Of a stretch of DNA of 64,000 nucleotides, positions 38,496 to 51,494 are shown one piece after another; position 1 is the first letter of the stretch, and each line of letters begins with the position of its first letter. The translations under genes and the position numbers were made by a program. The notes below the pieces were generated by a model. It did no database searches. It had not been told where the DNA came from and was given only the letters and a program-made list of their open reading frames with translations. The stretch comes from Setoptus koraiensis (Eukaryota > Animalia > Arthropoda), in contig CM106586.1 in assembly GCA_048013815.1 (NCBI GenBank), positions 6,510,001 to 6,574,000 of the forward strand, in the 5' to 3' direction.

Positions 38496-40622
38496 TTACA
38501 GCTCGTCATGGTCGTCTGCAGTCGTTCTTTCTTCATCATCGCTAGGGCTGGATTTAGGACCAGATTTATCAGATTGGTAGAGTTTAGTGATGATTGGTGT
38601 GACAGTAGCCTCAAGTTCCTTCTTTTTGGCCCTTAATTCTTCAGCATCAGCCGATGGATTGGACTCTAACCATTTGACAGCGTCCTCTGCCGACTCTTCA
38701 ATCTTTGTCTTGTCATCATCTGATAGTTTTCCGCCCAATTTTTCTTTATCTTGTAATTGATTTTTTAACGAGTATGCGTATGATTCTAGTTCGTTCTTTG
38801 CCTCGACACGCTCCTTCAGTTTTTTATCATCATCAGCGAACTTTTCGGCCTCTTTGATCATACGATCGATGTCTTCTGGTTTCAGTCTGTTTTGATCATT
38901 AGTAATAGTGATACTCTGCTTGCTACCAGCACCTTTATCTTCAGCGGAAACTTTCAAAACACCGTTGACATCTATTTCGAAAGTAACTTCGATTTGTGGC
39001 ACACCTCGGGGAGCTGGTGGAATTCCAGTCAAGTCGAACTTGCCTAACAAGTGGTTGTCTTTTGTCATTGGACGCTCACCCTCATAAACTTGAATGGTGA
39101 CGGTATTTTGATTATCACTCGCTGTACTGAAAATTTCGGATTTCTTCGTTGGAATAACTGTGTTCCTCTTGATCAGTGTAGTCATCACACCGCCTATTGT
39201 TTCAATTCCCATTGTCAGTGGATTAACATCCAACAAAACGAGATCATTTGTGCTATCCTCGCCACTTAAAACGCCAGCTTGTACAGCGGCACCATAGGCG
39301 ATGGCCTCATCAGGGTTGATACCAAGCGAAGGCTCTTTACCGTCAAAGAAGTCGCGCACTAATTGTTGAATTTTAGGTATACGAGTGGAGCCACCGACAA
39401 GCACGATTTCATGGATTTGACTTTTAGTGAGACCGGCATCTTCCAAAACTTTTTTAACTGGCTTCAAAGTTGATCTGAACAATTCCATGTTAAGTTCTTC
39501 AAACTTGGCACGCGACAATGTCTCTGAGAACTCTTCGCCCTCGAAGAATGAATCAATCTCAATTGTAGTTTGCGGAGCGGAACTCAAAACTCTCTTAGCC
39601 TTTTCAACTTCACGACGTAATTTTTGTACAGCGCGGTGGTCCTTACGAACGTCTTTACCTGTCTTCTTCAGGTACATTTTGATAAAATGGTCCATAACTT
39701 TTTGATCGAAATCCTCGCCACCTAAATGAGTGTCACCGCTTGTGGCGGCAACCTCGAAAACACCTTGCTCAATAGTTAACAGAGACACATCAAATGTACC
39801 ACCACCTAAATCGTAGACAATAATATTTTTTTCTCCTTTGGATCGTTTGTCAACACCAAAAGCAATAGCGGCGGCCGTTGGTTCATTGATGATTCTCATA
39901 ACGTTCAGTCCAGCAATGGCACCGGCATCCTTAGTTGCTTGACGTTGAGCGTCATTGAAATAGGCTGGCACTGTGACAACAGCATGAGTAACTTTCTTAT
40001 TGAGATATTGTTCTGCCACCTCTTTCATTTTAGACAAAACCATGGAACTGATCTCTTCGGGAGCGAACACCTTTTCCTCGCCACTAACTTTCACCTTAAT
40101 GTAGGGTTTGTTCTGTTTGTTGACGACTGTTGAATGGTTCAAATCAAACATGAGCAGTGTTAGTTTGGAATCGTTTAGACATATTGTTGGGTAAGTTTGT
40201 GAATAGTGGTACAGAGTGACTACTATTGTTCATATATTTCATTACTACTTACTCTTGTATGGTAGGTACTTGATGTCATGCTGCACTGTGGGGTCGTCGT
40301 ATTCTCGGCCAATCAGACGTTTTACATCGAATACAGTGTGTTCCGGATTTGAGGTAAGCTGATTTTTGGCGGCATCACCAATGAGACGCTCACCTTCGGC
40401 TGTAAATGCAACAACGGACGGTGTAATACGGTTACCTTGTTCGTTGGGTATAATTTCCACCTGCCCATTTTTGTAGACACCAACGCACGAGTATGTTGTA
40501 CCTAAATCAATACCAATAACAGTGCCGACGTCCTCCTTTTCCTTCTCTTTTGCCCAAATGCAATAAGAGCACAGTAGAAGCACTAGGGCAAATTGTGATA
40601 TGTGTCCTTTCACCATCATCAT
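38496..40622 (-). CDS. Hsc70-3: ER chaperone BiP / GRP78 (Hsp70 family), about 666 aa, 2 exons
   Basis: Exons 40622-40253 and 40126-38496 (phase 1; 2001 nt). Signal peptide, [52 protein letters not shown]-terminal HDEL. Confidence 0.97.
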
Positions 40623-41934
40623 TTGAAGTATTTGTCTAATGTTGCAATGATGCCAATTGAGTCCTAGGGCGAGGCGTCCTCCTTGTACGGTTATAGTACC
40701 ACAGCAAGACGATAGATTGTCTATTGACTTTTACTGGAACAATTCTGTAACAACCACTAGAATATAATGGGTTGTATGTGTAACTTGTGCAAATAGTGAT
40801 GTCACTCGGTGTGATTCCTTCAGTGGGACTCCAATCGAGTATGTAGTGTTTTGGTTGAGGTAAGTTGTTCAATTGAAGATATAAATACTATTGAAGTATG
40901 TCAACAAATTAATGAATGACGAATGGAAATGAAAAGAAAATTCTCTAGAATTCCTTGATTATCTAATACTTTTCTAAACACACATCATCACATCTTGCGA
41001 AAAAAAAAAAGAAAAAGAAAATATGCACAGTATACTTCATGTGTCCACACTTGATTTTGCGCCTATTAAGGCGCATTCTGTGCGCCCCAAGCGCGGTCAC
41101 TCAAGTGCGTACATTTGTGCAATTGTCTGCACAAAAGTGCACACGAAACGCACAGGCACACAGACAGACAAGTGTCAAACGTTGCGGGAGAAACGGATGG
41201 AGACACAGCAATGGTTCACTGTCGTACTTTCACGGCCAGCACTGTGCATAGAGCAGTGCAGCCAAAGCGACCAGTATAAATGGTGCAGCGAACCATGACG
41301 ATCGCCTTGCAAAGGCTCTGAACTCATATGAACCGCGCCACAGCGTGTGTTTTTCTGTCTACACTTTTGGCATTTCGTAGTACTGATACACTCCGTGAGG
41401 GCGGCGCAAAATCGCTTTCAACGAGTGAGTGCGCTTAGCGAGTTTTGCTTCAAGCGAATCGCTTGGTTTTAGTCGTGATGCGCGCGATTGCATAAAATCA
41501 TGTGAATCATCATTAGCGAAAGCGAGACACAACTCAAATGTTGGACTTGCCAACAATTGTAATAATTTTATTGGCGCCTCTGGCGGAACTTTTACTCACT
41601 CGTGAGCAAACTGAAACAAACACAGTTCACCCACTCAACATGTACTAATTGGGGCCGCGAATGAGGCCAGGCCAACAGTTTGCATCATGTAATCCAACAG
41701 GATAAAAAGAATGAATGAGTGCCTGCAAAAGATTCGACGAGAGGCCGACGATTTGTGAGCTAACTGTGATATAGTGAACACAAATCATGCCATCAAACTC
41801 CGACTGTATTTTCGAAGCGGGGCCTCAGTGACTGTGTGGTAACAACTAATTAGTCTTTGAATATCGAATAATAAGATATCTCGGAGCGTCCGATAGCACT
41901 GGGCTGAGCTCACTATTCACGTGGATTCAGATGG

Positions 41935-42201
41935 ATGGGCATGTATCGTGTGACTTATTCACCGGACATCAACATCGACACGAAAACTTTCGAGAGAGTG
42001 CATCATCGAGAGTTTGAGTTGAATCTTCGAAATGACAATATATATATTCGCCCAGAGCCTGGAATGTATATAACTATCCACAATCACAAGGAAAGTGTTT
42101 CGATGTTGGCACTCGTGACAGGTGAATTGCATAACGGGGTTCATTGGCGTTGCTGCCGAGCGGTGCGACTACAAGCAAGCGAACAAAACTATAGGAAGTA
42201 A
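41935..42201 (+). pseudogene. Possible degenerate DEG/ENaC (pickpocket)-like fragment
   Basis: Weak resemblance only: FELNLRNDNIYIRPEPGMYITIHNHKESV recalls the GLxLxL...GxxVxIH ectodomain segment. Upstream frames contain stops and no full model could be built. Confidence 0.2.
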
Positions 42202-42313
42202 GAGGAGCGGTCAAGAAAGTTTCGGTCGTTGCTCAACATGGAACAATCGACAAATAAATTATGCTGAGATTGTTTATTGATTATTTAGTTGTATAGAAAT
42301 GTGTGGAGAGATA

Positions 42314-45300
42314 TCATTTTACATTGCGATTAGTACCAATATCAGCATTGGTATTGTTATTGTTGAAATTAGCATTGTTAGTATTGACCTTTGAATGAGT
42401 GCTCATAATACCATGTAACTTGAGGTGCCTACTTAAATTTCCAGATTGTGAAAAATTTAACGCACAATGGCCGCATTGATATGGTTTCTCGCCACTATGA
42501 ATCCTACAATGTTTAGTTAATGTTGACGAATCTGAGAATGTTTTACTACACGAAGCGCACCTGTACGGTCTTTCGCCTAAATTGAATTACGAGTCATCGC
42601 ATGTGATATATATATATATTTATATGTATGTATGTTATAAATGAAAAGAATGACTCAATATCATCAATGGAAAAAGTTATGGAAAAAGAAATAAAGATCA
42701 ATCGCGATGCAACAACAATAGCGAAAGCGAGTATGTTAACAGCAACAACAATAATATAGTTTGCGACATGTAGCGACAACAACAACAACAGCAATAAATA
42801 GATTATGATTTGGGAATGGAGTTGCGTTGCTGGTGAACTGATGTTAATGCATGGGGACATAAATGGATTACTATTGCCGGAGAATCGGATAGCCATTGAT
42901 AGTATTATTAGTTACTTACCGCTATGCGTCCTGAGATGGGTAATAACTGACGAGCTCTGACTAAATTTTCTGGAGCACACTGGACACGAGAAGGGCCTCT
43001 CACCTGATGGAAGTAAGCACGTGCAAAAAGGGCAAACGTGCCCATATAAATGAGAACAGCAGGAATTAGGCAGGACAAAAGGTTAACTTGGGGTAATGGT
43101 GTTTCGATCTAAATCTCGATGTGTTGTGGGCAAACCACCACTTGTAGTAGTTACCTGTATGTATACGATGGTGAGCTGTCAAGTTGGCCGCCTGAGAGAA
43201 GGTCTTTTGGCATATTTGGCACCTAAGTGGGCCAGTCCGGCAAAACACAAGCGAACAGATTGAAATATTGTTGAATAAACGGAATATAAAAGGGAAAATT
43301 TTTCGTCATTAGCTATATGATGTATGCCATGATGATGTGCATGCTTATAGAGCATATTTAGCACTACAATTGACAAGTGGACTACTAACTGGAAGGGACG
43401 TTCGTTTGTATGGGTGCGCAGGTGAGTTTTGAGGGTGGACGGACGGGCGTAATCCCTGCCGCATATATCACATTGATTGGCTTTCAGGTTGCTGGATGTC
43501 GCTTGCAAATGATAGGCCATTATTGCCTGGTTTCGCGTTTCGCCCTTGAAATGTTTGATGGTTGTTGACATTTTATTGTACTGTTGTTGCTTGCTTGTGG
43601 TTGCCGTTGTTGTTGTTGTTGTCGTCGATTTGATTTGGCAGGATTTGTTGATGGCATTTGTTGAGTGATTTATTTTTTGCTCATCATCATCACCATTGGA
43701 TATTGAATTAGCATCCATGGTGTCGGCATTGGCAACAACAAACTGGCATTTACTGTCGTCGTTGCTGTCCGACAGGCTCCTGATGACAGTTTTGGTCTTA
43801 GTTTTGAGTTTGGCCGAGGCGAGGCCCGCGACAGTTGTGTCTTGAGCGGGACTGGGGCAGGTTGATATGTGATTCAATTTGACATCTCGGGCCGATTGTT
43901 TGTTGTAGGCTGTGATAATTTTGGAATCGCCACTACTGCTGCCACTGCTGCTACTGCTGCTGCTACGCTTGCCGCCACTGTTGGTGACAACAATGTTGCC
44001 AATATTATTTTTGATACTGGCCGGGGCTTTGCCCGTGGTCAGACGGCTGGTTGTGGTCCGCACGGCGCCCGACCAAAGCTTGCTGACACTGGTGCTCTTT
44101 TTGGCCAGCAATCGCTCGCCAATTTCCTCGGATGTTGTCGATATGGACATGGTCCGGTGTTCCAGTCTGAGCGTCACGAGCGACTTTCTGTCATTGTGGC
44201 GATGATGATAGGTGGTGGTTGTGGTGGTGGTGTCGTCGGCCGCAAACAGGCGCCCGTCGTCATCGTCCGACAACGAGCTGTCCCGTGATCTGTCCTTGTA
44301 CTGTTGCCTGATGGAGTCTGCCGAACTGACCGCCTGACCCAATTGCTGATGGTAAGTGGCGCTTGCGTTGTTGTACAAATTATAATTGTTGTTATTATGC
44401 ACCAATGGGTAATTGGTGTTATGCAAATTAAAATTGTTGCCATTGTGCAAATTGTAATTGTTGCCATTGTGCAAATTGTAATTGTTGCCAGTGTGCAAAT
44501 TGTAATTGTTGCCATTGGTGTAATTTGCGTCTTGGCAATGCTGCTGATACTGGTGCCGGTGATACGACCGGGCGTAGGTATTGTCGCACAATGTGGGCCG
44601 TGCCCCATTTGCGACAACGGGCACGGCGACCGCATCACAAGCGCCGCTTGTCTGCGCCAACCCAAAACCGAATTTGTCCTCATGTTTGCCGGCGTAAATG
44701 CGCTGCTGCTGACTACCGCTGCTCATCAGGTCGCTGCCGCACCGAGGATCCCGCAGCGGCAGCGGCTGCTGCGACATCATCATCGACGAGGGGCGTTGCT
44801 CGCCGACCGGAAGTGCGGCGGTCGGCTGCTGCACCGCATGATCGGCGGCACATTGCGCAAACATGCAGTCGGCGTGCTGCTCGAGCGCGCCCGCTGCCGC
44901 ATAGTCCATATAGAGGCAGGCGCTCGGCTTGTTGAGGGCGACCTCTCGCGTCGGGGCGCCGCGCTGTCCGTGTTGCTGGTGATAATCCAGGTCTGGGTGA
45001 TGACAATGGCGATTGTCCGCGCCGTACTGCTGCTGGCTGTTGCGCAATTGGGCCGGATCGGCCGGCGGGTAGCAGTTGTTGCCGCTGCTGTTGCCGTTGT
45101 TGCCGCCGCTGTTGTTGCTGTTGCCGCTGTTGTTGTTGTTGCTGTTGCCCGCGGACGAGTGACTCGACTCGGGCAGCTCGTCCACAGTGCCTATAATTGG
45201 TGCCAAGTGGCAGCCAGTGGCGTGCTCATATAGATTCTCCGCGGTGATGTGGTACGCGTTGTTCTTGTCGCCATTGTGCGCTGCTGCCGCTGCGGCGCCA

Positions 45301-46109
45301 GGCATATAGGTGCCGCTGGACACGGTGCCGTATGGTGCAGCGTGGTGCGCGCCTATAGGCGCCGCAATCGGGTACGACGACGGGTAGTGCTGCTGCTGCG
45401 GCGGCTGCGGCTGCTGCTGCTGCGGATCCAACGGGACGGCTGTCGGGCGTAGCTGCTCCGTGTGCAGCGAATCTATATTGTTGCCCGTCTTGATTGGCTC
45501 CTCCGCTTGAGCCGCCGGCCCGCCGAAATTGCCCTGATGGTGCGCGTGACACGAGTGATAGCCGGACAGCGCTATGGGCGCCGGCGTGTCGTCGCTGGCC
45601 TGCTCAAACAAATTAGCATAATGGCCGTTGCAAACACAATATTGGTGATTGTCGACAACGCCGCCGGACGAGTACAAGTCCAGCAATTGGTGCTGCTGGT
45701 AACAAGCGTCCCCCGCGACCTGCTGCTGGTGACTATAATTAGCGTGATTATTATGACTGTTGTTGTGATTATTTTGGTGATTACTACTATGACTGTTGTG
45801 GTGATTGTTGTTGTGGTTGTTGTGGTGATTGCTGTGACTATCACCGGGGTACTGGTGGTGATAGTTCGGGTGGGCATCGCTCGCCAGCGGCTGGCTGTAG
45901 TTGTCATTGTATTGCGGGTCGCCGGCGGGCTGCTGACCGTAGGCGAGCGCAAACGATTGATTGTCGTTGTTGTGCTGGTGCTGGTGCTGCTGCAGCGGCG
46001 GATATTCCGCCGCCGCTGTTTGTAGCTGATACTCGAACGGATAATTACTGTACTGATGATTATTGTGCTGATACGAGTTGTGCAAACAGCTGTGCTGGTA
46101 CGTCTCCAT
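42314..46109 (-). CDS. gl: Glass-like C2H2 zinc-finger transcription factor (5 fingers), about 1044 aa, 4 exons
   Basis: Exons 46109-43390, 43222-43155, 43003-42920 and 42576-42314 (3135 nt). Fingers [84 protein letters not shown] and [21 protein letters not shown] match the glass finger series. An extra upstream exon cannot be excluded. Confidence 0.92.
44422..44517. repeat. In-frame 24-bp tandem repeat (4 copies) in glass exon 1 encoding (GNNYNLH[TN])n
   Basis: The unit tgcaaattgtaattgttgcca(t/g)tg (one variant copy) starts at 44422, 44446, 44470 and 44494. Confidence 0.9.
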
Positions 46110-48979
46110 ATTGGCTGCGTGTCGGTCACACCAATCGAGGCCCGATCATCGAGTCAGTTGGTGAAAAATATCGATTCTTTTTGATTATTTTCTCGACTAT
46201 CGATTGATTTGTTTGATCATATCATTTGTAATGATCGCATAGTCGCCAACAGCCACCAATTGCGACTAACAACACACTCAACCTATCAGTTGGCAAACTG
46301 TGTGTGTGTGTGTGTCCATTTGTTCCAATGCCCACGTAACATTTTGACGCAACGTCTGACGCAACAACGCTGCACTGATTGGGGCCCGCGCGTTTAGGTG
46401 AGCCAACGCGCACACTCACAGTGTTATTTTCATGTCGGCATGTTGACGGCATGTTATGTAACGCTGACATGTAGCCGACATGTAGCTGACATGCGATAGC
46501 ATTGTGACCATGCTACAACTTGACAAAAGTTTGCCAGTTTGGCCTGGCTTGTCCGCGCGTTCTGTCAAATCTCTCATGTCGTAGAATCAATTCATTAGTC
46601 AGTGTGGCCTTGTGGCCAAATGACACAACGAGCCTCGCTTGTATGCAAATAATAGACGGCTCACGTGCTCGCCGCTTTATAGGCTCAACATGGGATATAT
46701 ATTTATATAAAATATATATATCCCATGTTGAGCCATGCTGATATACATATATTTGTAAATATAAGTGGGTGTATTGGCGCATATTGCACGTGCAAGAGAG
46801 CGTGCCCGACCGCAAATCTTTTGTCGGTGTCGCTTTTTGTCACTGTGATCGCGGCGACAGTCGCCGCCATCATTATTATTATTTGATCCCTTTCTAATTT
46901 GGCCCCCGTTCCACCAATTGAATTGATGGAGACGCCAGCTAACCCAACTGGCGAGCAATGTGTGTGCATGATTGAGTGATTTAGGCGCTACCGAGAGATT
47001 AGCGCCAGTTATTGGGCACCGTTATCGCGCGAGCCGCCGAGTTGACAATGTCGATTTGTCGATTATCTCTCTCTCTCTCTCTCGACGAATGTGTTAGTTA
47101 AACAGCAACAGCGACAACAACAACAGCGACAACAACAACAACGGCAACAGCAGCAGCCACCGCGACCACTGAACGAGGCTGCTTACAGAGAGAGAGAGAG
47201 AGTATAGGTTTCTGGTTGATTAATTAATTTGAATTAATCATATCACTCCCCGCTGCGAGCGCCAAGTCTGCCAAATGAAAGAGCACGCATTATGCACGCG
47301 CAAAGAGAGCGACACAAAAGAAAAGGAATAAGCTTCTTTTTGTCAGTGTTTGTTTGGCGTCCTCACTGAGCTCACTTGAGGGCGAGGGGCCCATTCGACA
47401 CAACAGTTGACGACCTTGATGCCGCCCGATGATGTGAGCGCTTGTATGTTGTTCAATATGCTGCCGCTGCTTCTGAGGCCGCTGCTGCAAACAACAACAA
47501 CAACTGCCGACTGATTATGTGTAAATAATAATGCGCCCCAATACACGCGAATACATGCAAATCAATCAAGCGTACGTCAATGATCCACTTCTCAACAAAT
47601 CAGCCAGAAACAAGCCAGCCCGCGCCCAGTTCGATCGCTTGTTTTGTGCGCGCCCAAATTCAATCATTTCTCATAGGTCTATTACTTAGGTTAAGCTGAT
47701 TAGTTTATTATTATTTTATTCCTCATCATCATTGATATCACTAATGGCCTCACTGCAGTGCCGGCAACATTCAATGGCACAGCACCCAATAGAGAGCTAT
47801 TTTCCAGACGACTGTCGTCGGCATGAAATCCAATTCGAATTGGATTTCATTTCATTTCAGCCCGCTCGTCCACATTGGGGCCCATCGCGCCGTAGACGAG
47901 TCAACTCCCCCTCCCTCGCGCCTCCTCCCTCTATCTCCTGCTCAACGATGTCGCCGTAGTTGATCTATCCTTAGCGACGACGATACACAAGCCAAACCCA
48001 CAAAAAAAACGTCGCCCATTGAGGGCGCCTGTTGGCCCAATGTGCTCGAACAAGTGAATTTGTTCAGGGGTTTGTCGGGGTGGGAGGAGGGGGCGGACTC
48101 ACATTCGAGGATCGGATAATTGGATCACTGGTCAACAACGGCAGGTGATTAGCTTTCAGTCGCCAGACTGGGAGCCACGAACAGCAGATCTATCGGGCCT
48201 CTCGCGAGATTGACCAGGTATCGTGGGCCGGTTTATCAGCTGCACGGGAGAACAGGCTTATTTGTGAGTGAATTATGACACAATTATCAAAGTAGTCCTT
48301 GTTGATTCGCCAATGTGCGATCGATTGCATACAATGTCGAACTATTTTCGTTGAAACGCGAAAATTCTCGTCTCATTCAAACTCAGCGTCATTATTTGTC
48401 CCACTGATGATCGATTAACGTTGGTCGGGAAAGTGAAACGAACTGAAAATCGGCTCGAAAAGAGCCAATGCGATAGTGTTCAGATTTTCAGTAGATTTTC
48501 ATCCAAAAGGGAGGTTACTCGAAATCAAGCTCATAGTTATGGCTGTCTCGAAACAACTCGTCAACTGTCGATGGATATCTATTAATGATTTTAAAATTGT
48601 TATTATTTTCGTGCATCGATTGAAGCTGCGTCTCCGCGTGATTTTTTGTGATTTTGCCTTTCACTATCTGATCGTAACCACAATATAAACTGCAACTGAG
48701 CGTTCGAGCCAATCTAATCCGCCCCACGGCGAGAACCAGTGATAATGCTGCCGATGAAACCATAAACAACCCCATTCGTTGTTTATTCGTTAGCCAGAGC
48801 GACTTTCGCAGGTCTTGTGGTATATAAGTGGTTAGATTTTGTGAAATTTCAAAAACAGTGATAGAAACATTTACGATTGACACTTCTAATTTTGAGGCCC
48901 ATTCTGGACTAAAACAAAGACAATCAAAACCCTACACAACAAATCCATCGTTAATTATCGCGTTCAACAAGTGATCATC

Positions 48980-49423
48980 ATGAACACCAAATTGGCACTG
49001 TCTATTTTAGCTGTTGCTTGCTTCGTTATTGCATCAGGTAAGTATTTTATGGGCGAATTGATCATAGATCAAAAATTGTTCTTCTATTGTGACCCATCTA
49101 ATATGTTTTTTGTCTTTCGCATCAAATACCAATGATTAGAGGCGGCAATTATCGAGCACAGATCAGCCGTCTCATCCAAACCAGACGATCCAATCTGTGC
49201 TTATTGTCTACAAACAGTGAAGACTCTCAAAGAACAAATAAGCGATGAGAAGACTATAGATCAAGCTGTTACGTATACATGCGCTACATTTAAGACTTTC
49301 AAAAAGCTCGAGGAAAATTGTGAAAAAACTGTGGGAAAATTTCTTCATGATGTTGTAAACAATGTGAAGAGCGTGAATGAGAGAGATGTCTGCGTAAAGA
49401 TCTCGCTGTGCCCCGGCGCTTGA
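48980..49423 (+). CDS. Secreted single saposin-B-domain protein (SAPLIP), 113 aa, 2 exons
   Basis: Exon 1 48980-49037 (MNTKLALSILAVACFVIAS, signal peptide, gtaagt donor); exon 2 49140-49423 (phase 1). Six Cys in saposin spacing: CAYC...YTC...ENC...VCVKISLC. Confidence 0.85.
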
Positions 49424-49649
49424 ACGTAACATTACCGAAACTGAAGTGCCTCTTAGAGGATCGGATTCAACCGTTTCCGGTCTTGAAGGCAATGATATAC
49501 AAATCGACAAGTCGCTTAAGCTAATTTGACAGTCCTTGTTCATTAATAAAAGATATCAAAAAGCACTAGAGAGTGCACTTCAATTTTTTCCATGTCATAA
49601 CGACAAAAATACTTCCAATACTATCCTTGTTCTTCCTATGCCATCTGTA

Positions 49650-50183
49650 ATTGAATTGTTTGAAATATATTGGCGAGAGGTCTGTCAATTAGCATTAGTT
49701 TTGCCTGTCGAGCTTTTCTTGTTGTGCTTTTACCCTCGAGTCGCATGACTGAAACAAAAACAAAAATGATTGTACCAAACGGGAAAATGAAAACTAATCG
49801 AAATCGTTCAATCCCTGTTTGTCGGATATGGCGATGGGACATACGTCATCTTATTATTTTTGGAACATTGTGATTGGGAGCAGAAGCTTCTCTCAATCAT
49901 AATCAAGCGATGGGTGCGTGATTTCTAAGCCGCGGTGGCCGATCGGTTTATCAGCTTGATTTTTCATCTCTATGTAGCATAAACATGAAGGCTTATATAT
50001 AATTTCTATATAAGCCTTTCGTTCGCCCCAAACGCTCAATCTAGATGTATTATTAGTCGTGTCTAATAAAGAATCGAATTTCGAACAGACTGTACCAGAA
50101 TCAAAGATGGCCTCTTCAAACTGTTCAAGGGTGACAATACGTGCGGCATGTCGTTGACGCCCTTGAGTGCGATACTCCTATAG
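49650..50183 (+). pseudogene. Internally deleted cathepsin pseudogene: duplicated upstream region joined to the last 27 codons
   Basis: About 49650-50070 aligns with about 51040-51445 (upstream of the cathepsin). 50103-50183 reads KDGLFKLFKGDNTCGMSLTPLSAILL*, versus [26 protein letters not shown] in the intact gene. Confidence 0.85.
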
Positions 50184-51380
50184 TGATTATGACGTAATGA
50201 ATATAGTGTAATATGATAAACATAATAGAATTGAAATGGTTGAATGTTGATATTTTGTCGTATTTTGTTTTTGATTCAGTTACAGAGATCACAACTGAAT
50301 TTCTCTCGCGCGTCCACTTGTCTAGCGCATCTAGCTGGGCACTTCTCTGGCGGATTATTCTCGGCAGGTATTGCAAGATCACGAGAGTATCGATCTCGCT
50401 CATTGGGTCGCTACTTCACTTATGATCGTCTCTAATTTGATTCAGTTTCCCTCGTGAAACAATATCGCAGCGTCGAATAGAGTGCAGCAAAAAAAAATAT
50501 CACTGACACTATTTCTGTCGTGCCTATCGATTGATAAAAAACAATATGATTCATGGAGAATTCAAGGCGACGAAATAAAACTGACATGCGAAAATTGAAG
50601 CATGACTAGAGAGATGATTGATCGCAAGCTATTCATGATGCTCATGACAGTAAAACTCACATTGTACTTTGAAGTTCAATGACTCATGAATGAACAAGAC
50701 CCTGATACAAACCGCAAGATCAAGAGGGCCTGAAAACTACTATCGTCAGTCAATCATTGCGACTCAACTGTGTCCTTAAAGGTGTTAGATTAGGTAAATT
50801 TAGCAGTTGTTCTCTAAATGACACACGTGATCCATTCGATTACAATATATTGTCATATGATGGAGATTAACTGTGGCCCGTGTTTGATAAGCAATCCTAT
50901 CTAGATTTATCGGATAAACTCAAAACGTAATGCACTGAAGAAAAGGTGGCCTGAAGAGTTGTCACACAATGACAGTTTATCTTGATCTAAAATCAACTCA
51001 ATAGGCATTATCACTCAGATATAGACTGCATAGTGAAACTGAATTGTTTGAAATATAATTGCGAGAGGTCTGTTAATTATCGTTAGTTTTGCCTGTCGAG
51101 CTTTTCTTGTTGTGTTTTTTTGCCCCCGAGTCGCATGACTGAAACGAAAGCAAAAATTGCCATTGTACCAAACGGGAAAATGAAAATCAATCGAAATCGT
51201 TCAATCCTTGTTCGTGGGATATGGGTGTGAGGCATACGTCACTTCATTATCGTTGAAACATTGTGTTTATGAGTCAAGTGAGTCGTTTCTCAATCGATAT
51301 CAAGCGATGGATGCGTGATATCTAAGCCGCGGTGGCCAACTGATTTGTCAGCTTGGATATTCATCTCTGGGCAATATTTC

Positions 51381-51390
51381 TATATAAGCC
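51381..51390 (+). promoter_or_regulatory. Candidate TATA box of the cathepsin gene
   Basis: tatataagcc lies about 110 bp upstream of the ATG at 51495 and is conserved in the duplicated copy at 50007-50016. Confidence 0.45.
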
Positions 51391-51494
51391 ATTCGTTGTT
51401 AGCCCAGCGCTCAATCTAGATGTTCCATTAGTTGTGTCCAATGAAATATAGTGCCCCATTTAGCAAATCAAATTTTGAGCAGTGTAGACTTACA

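Noticed and set aside
40930-40965. ttctctagaattcc upstream of BiP as a heat-shock element
   Set aside because: The spacing does not fit the nGAAnnTTCn pattern.
43869-46129. Several long overlapping or antisense ORFs (e.g. 44304-45233, 45462-46025, 45572-46129)
   Set aside because: Shadow frames of the GC-rich, repeat-rich glass exon 1, with no independent domain signal.
48515-48883. 122-aa minus-strand ORF with one hydrophobic stretch
   Set aside because: It starts at GTG, no family was recognised with confidence and no convincing exon chain was found; left unannotated.
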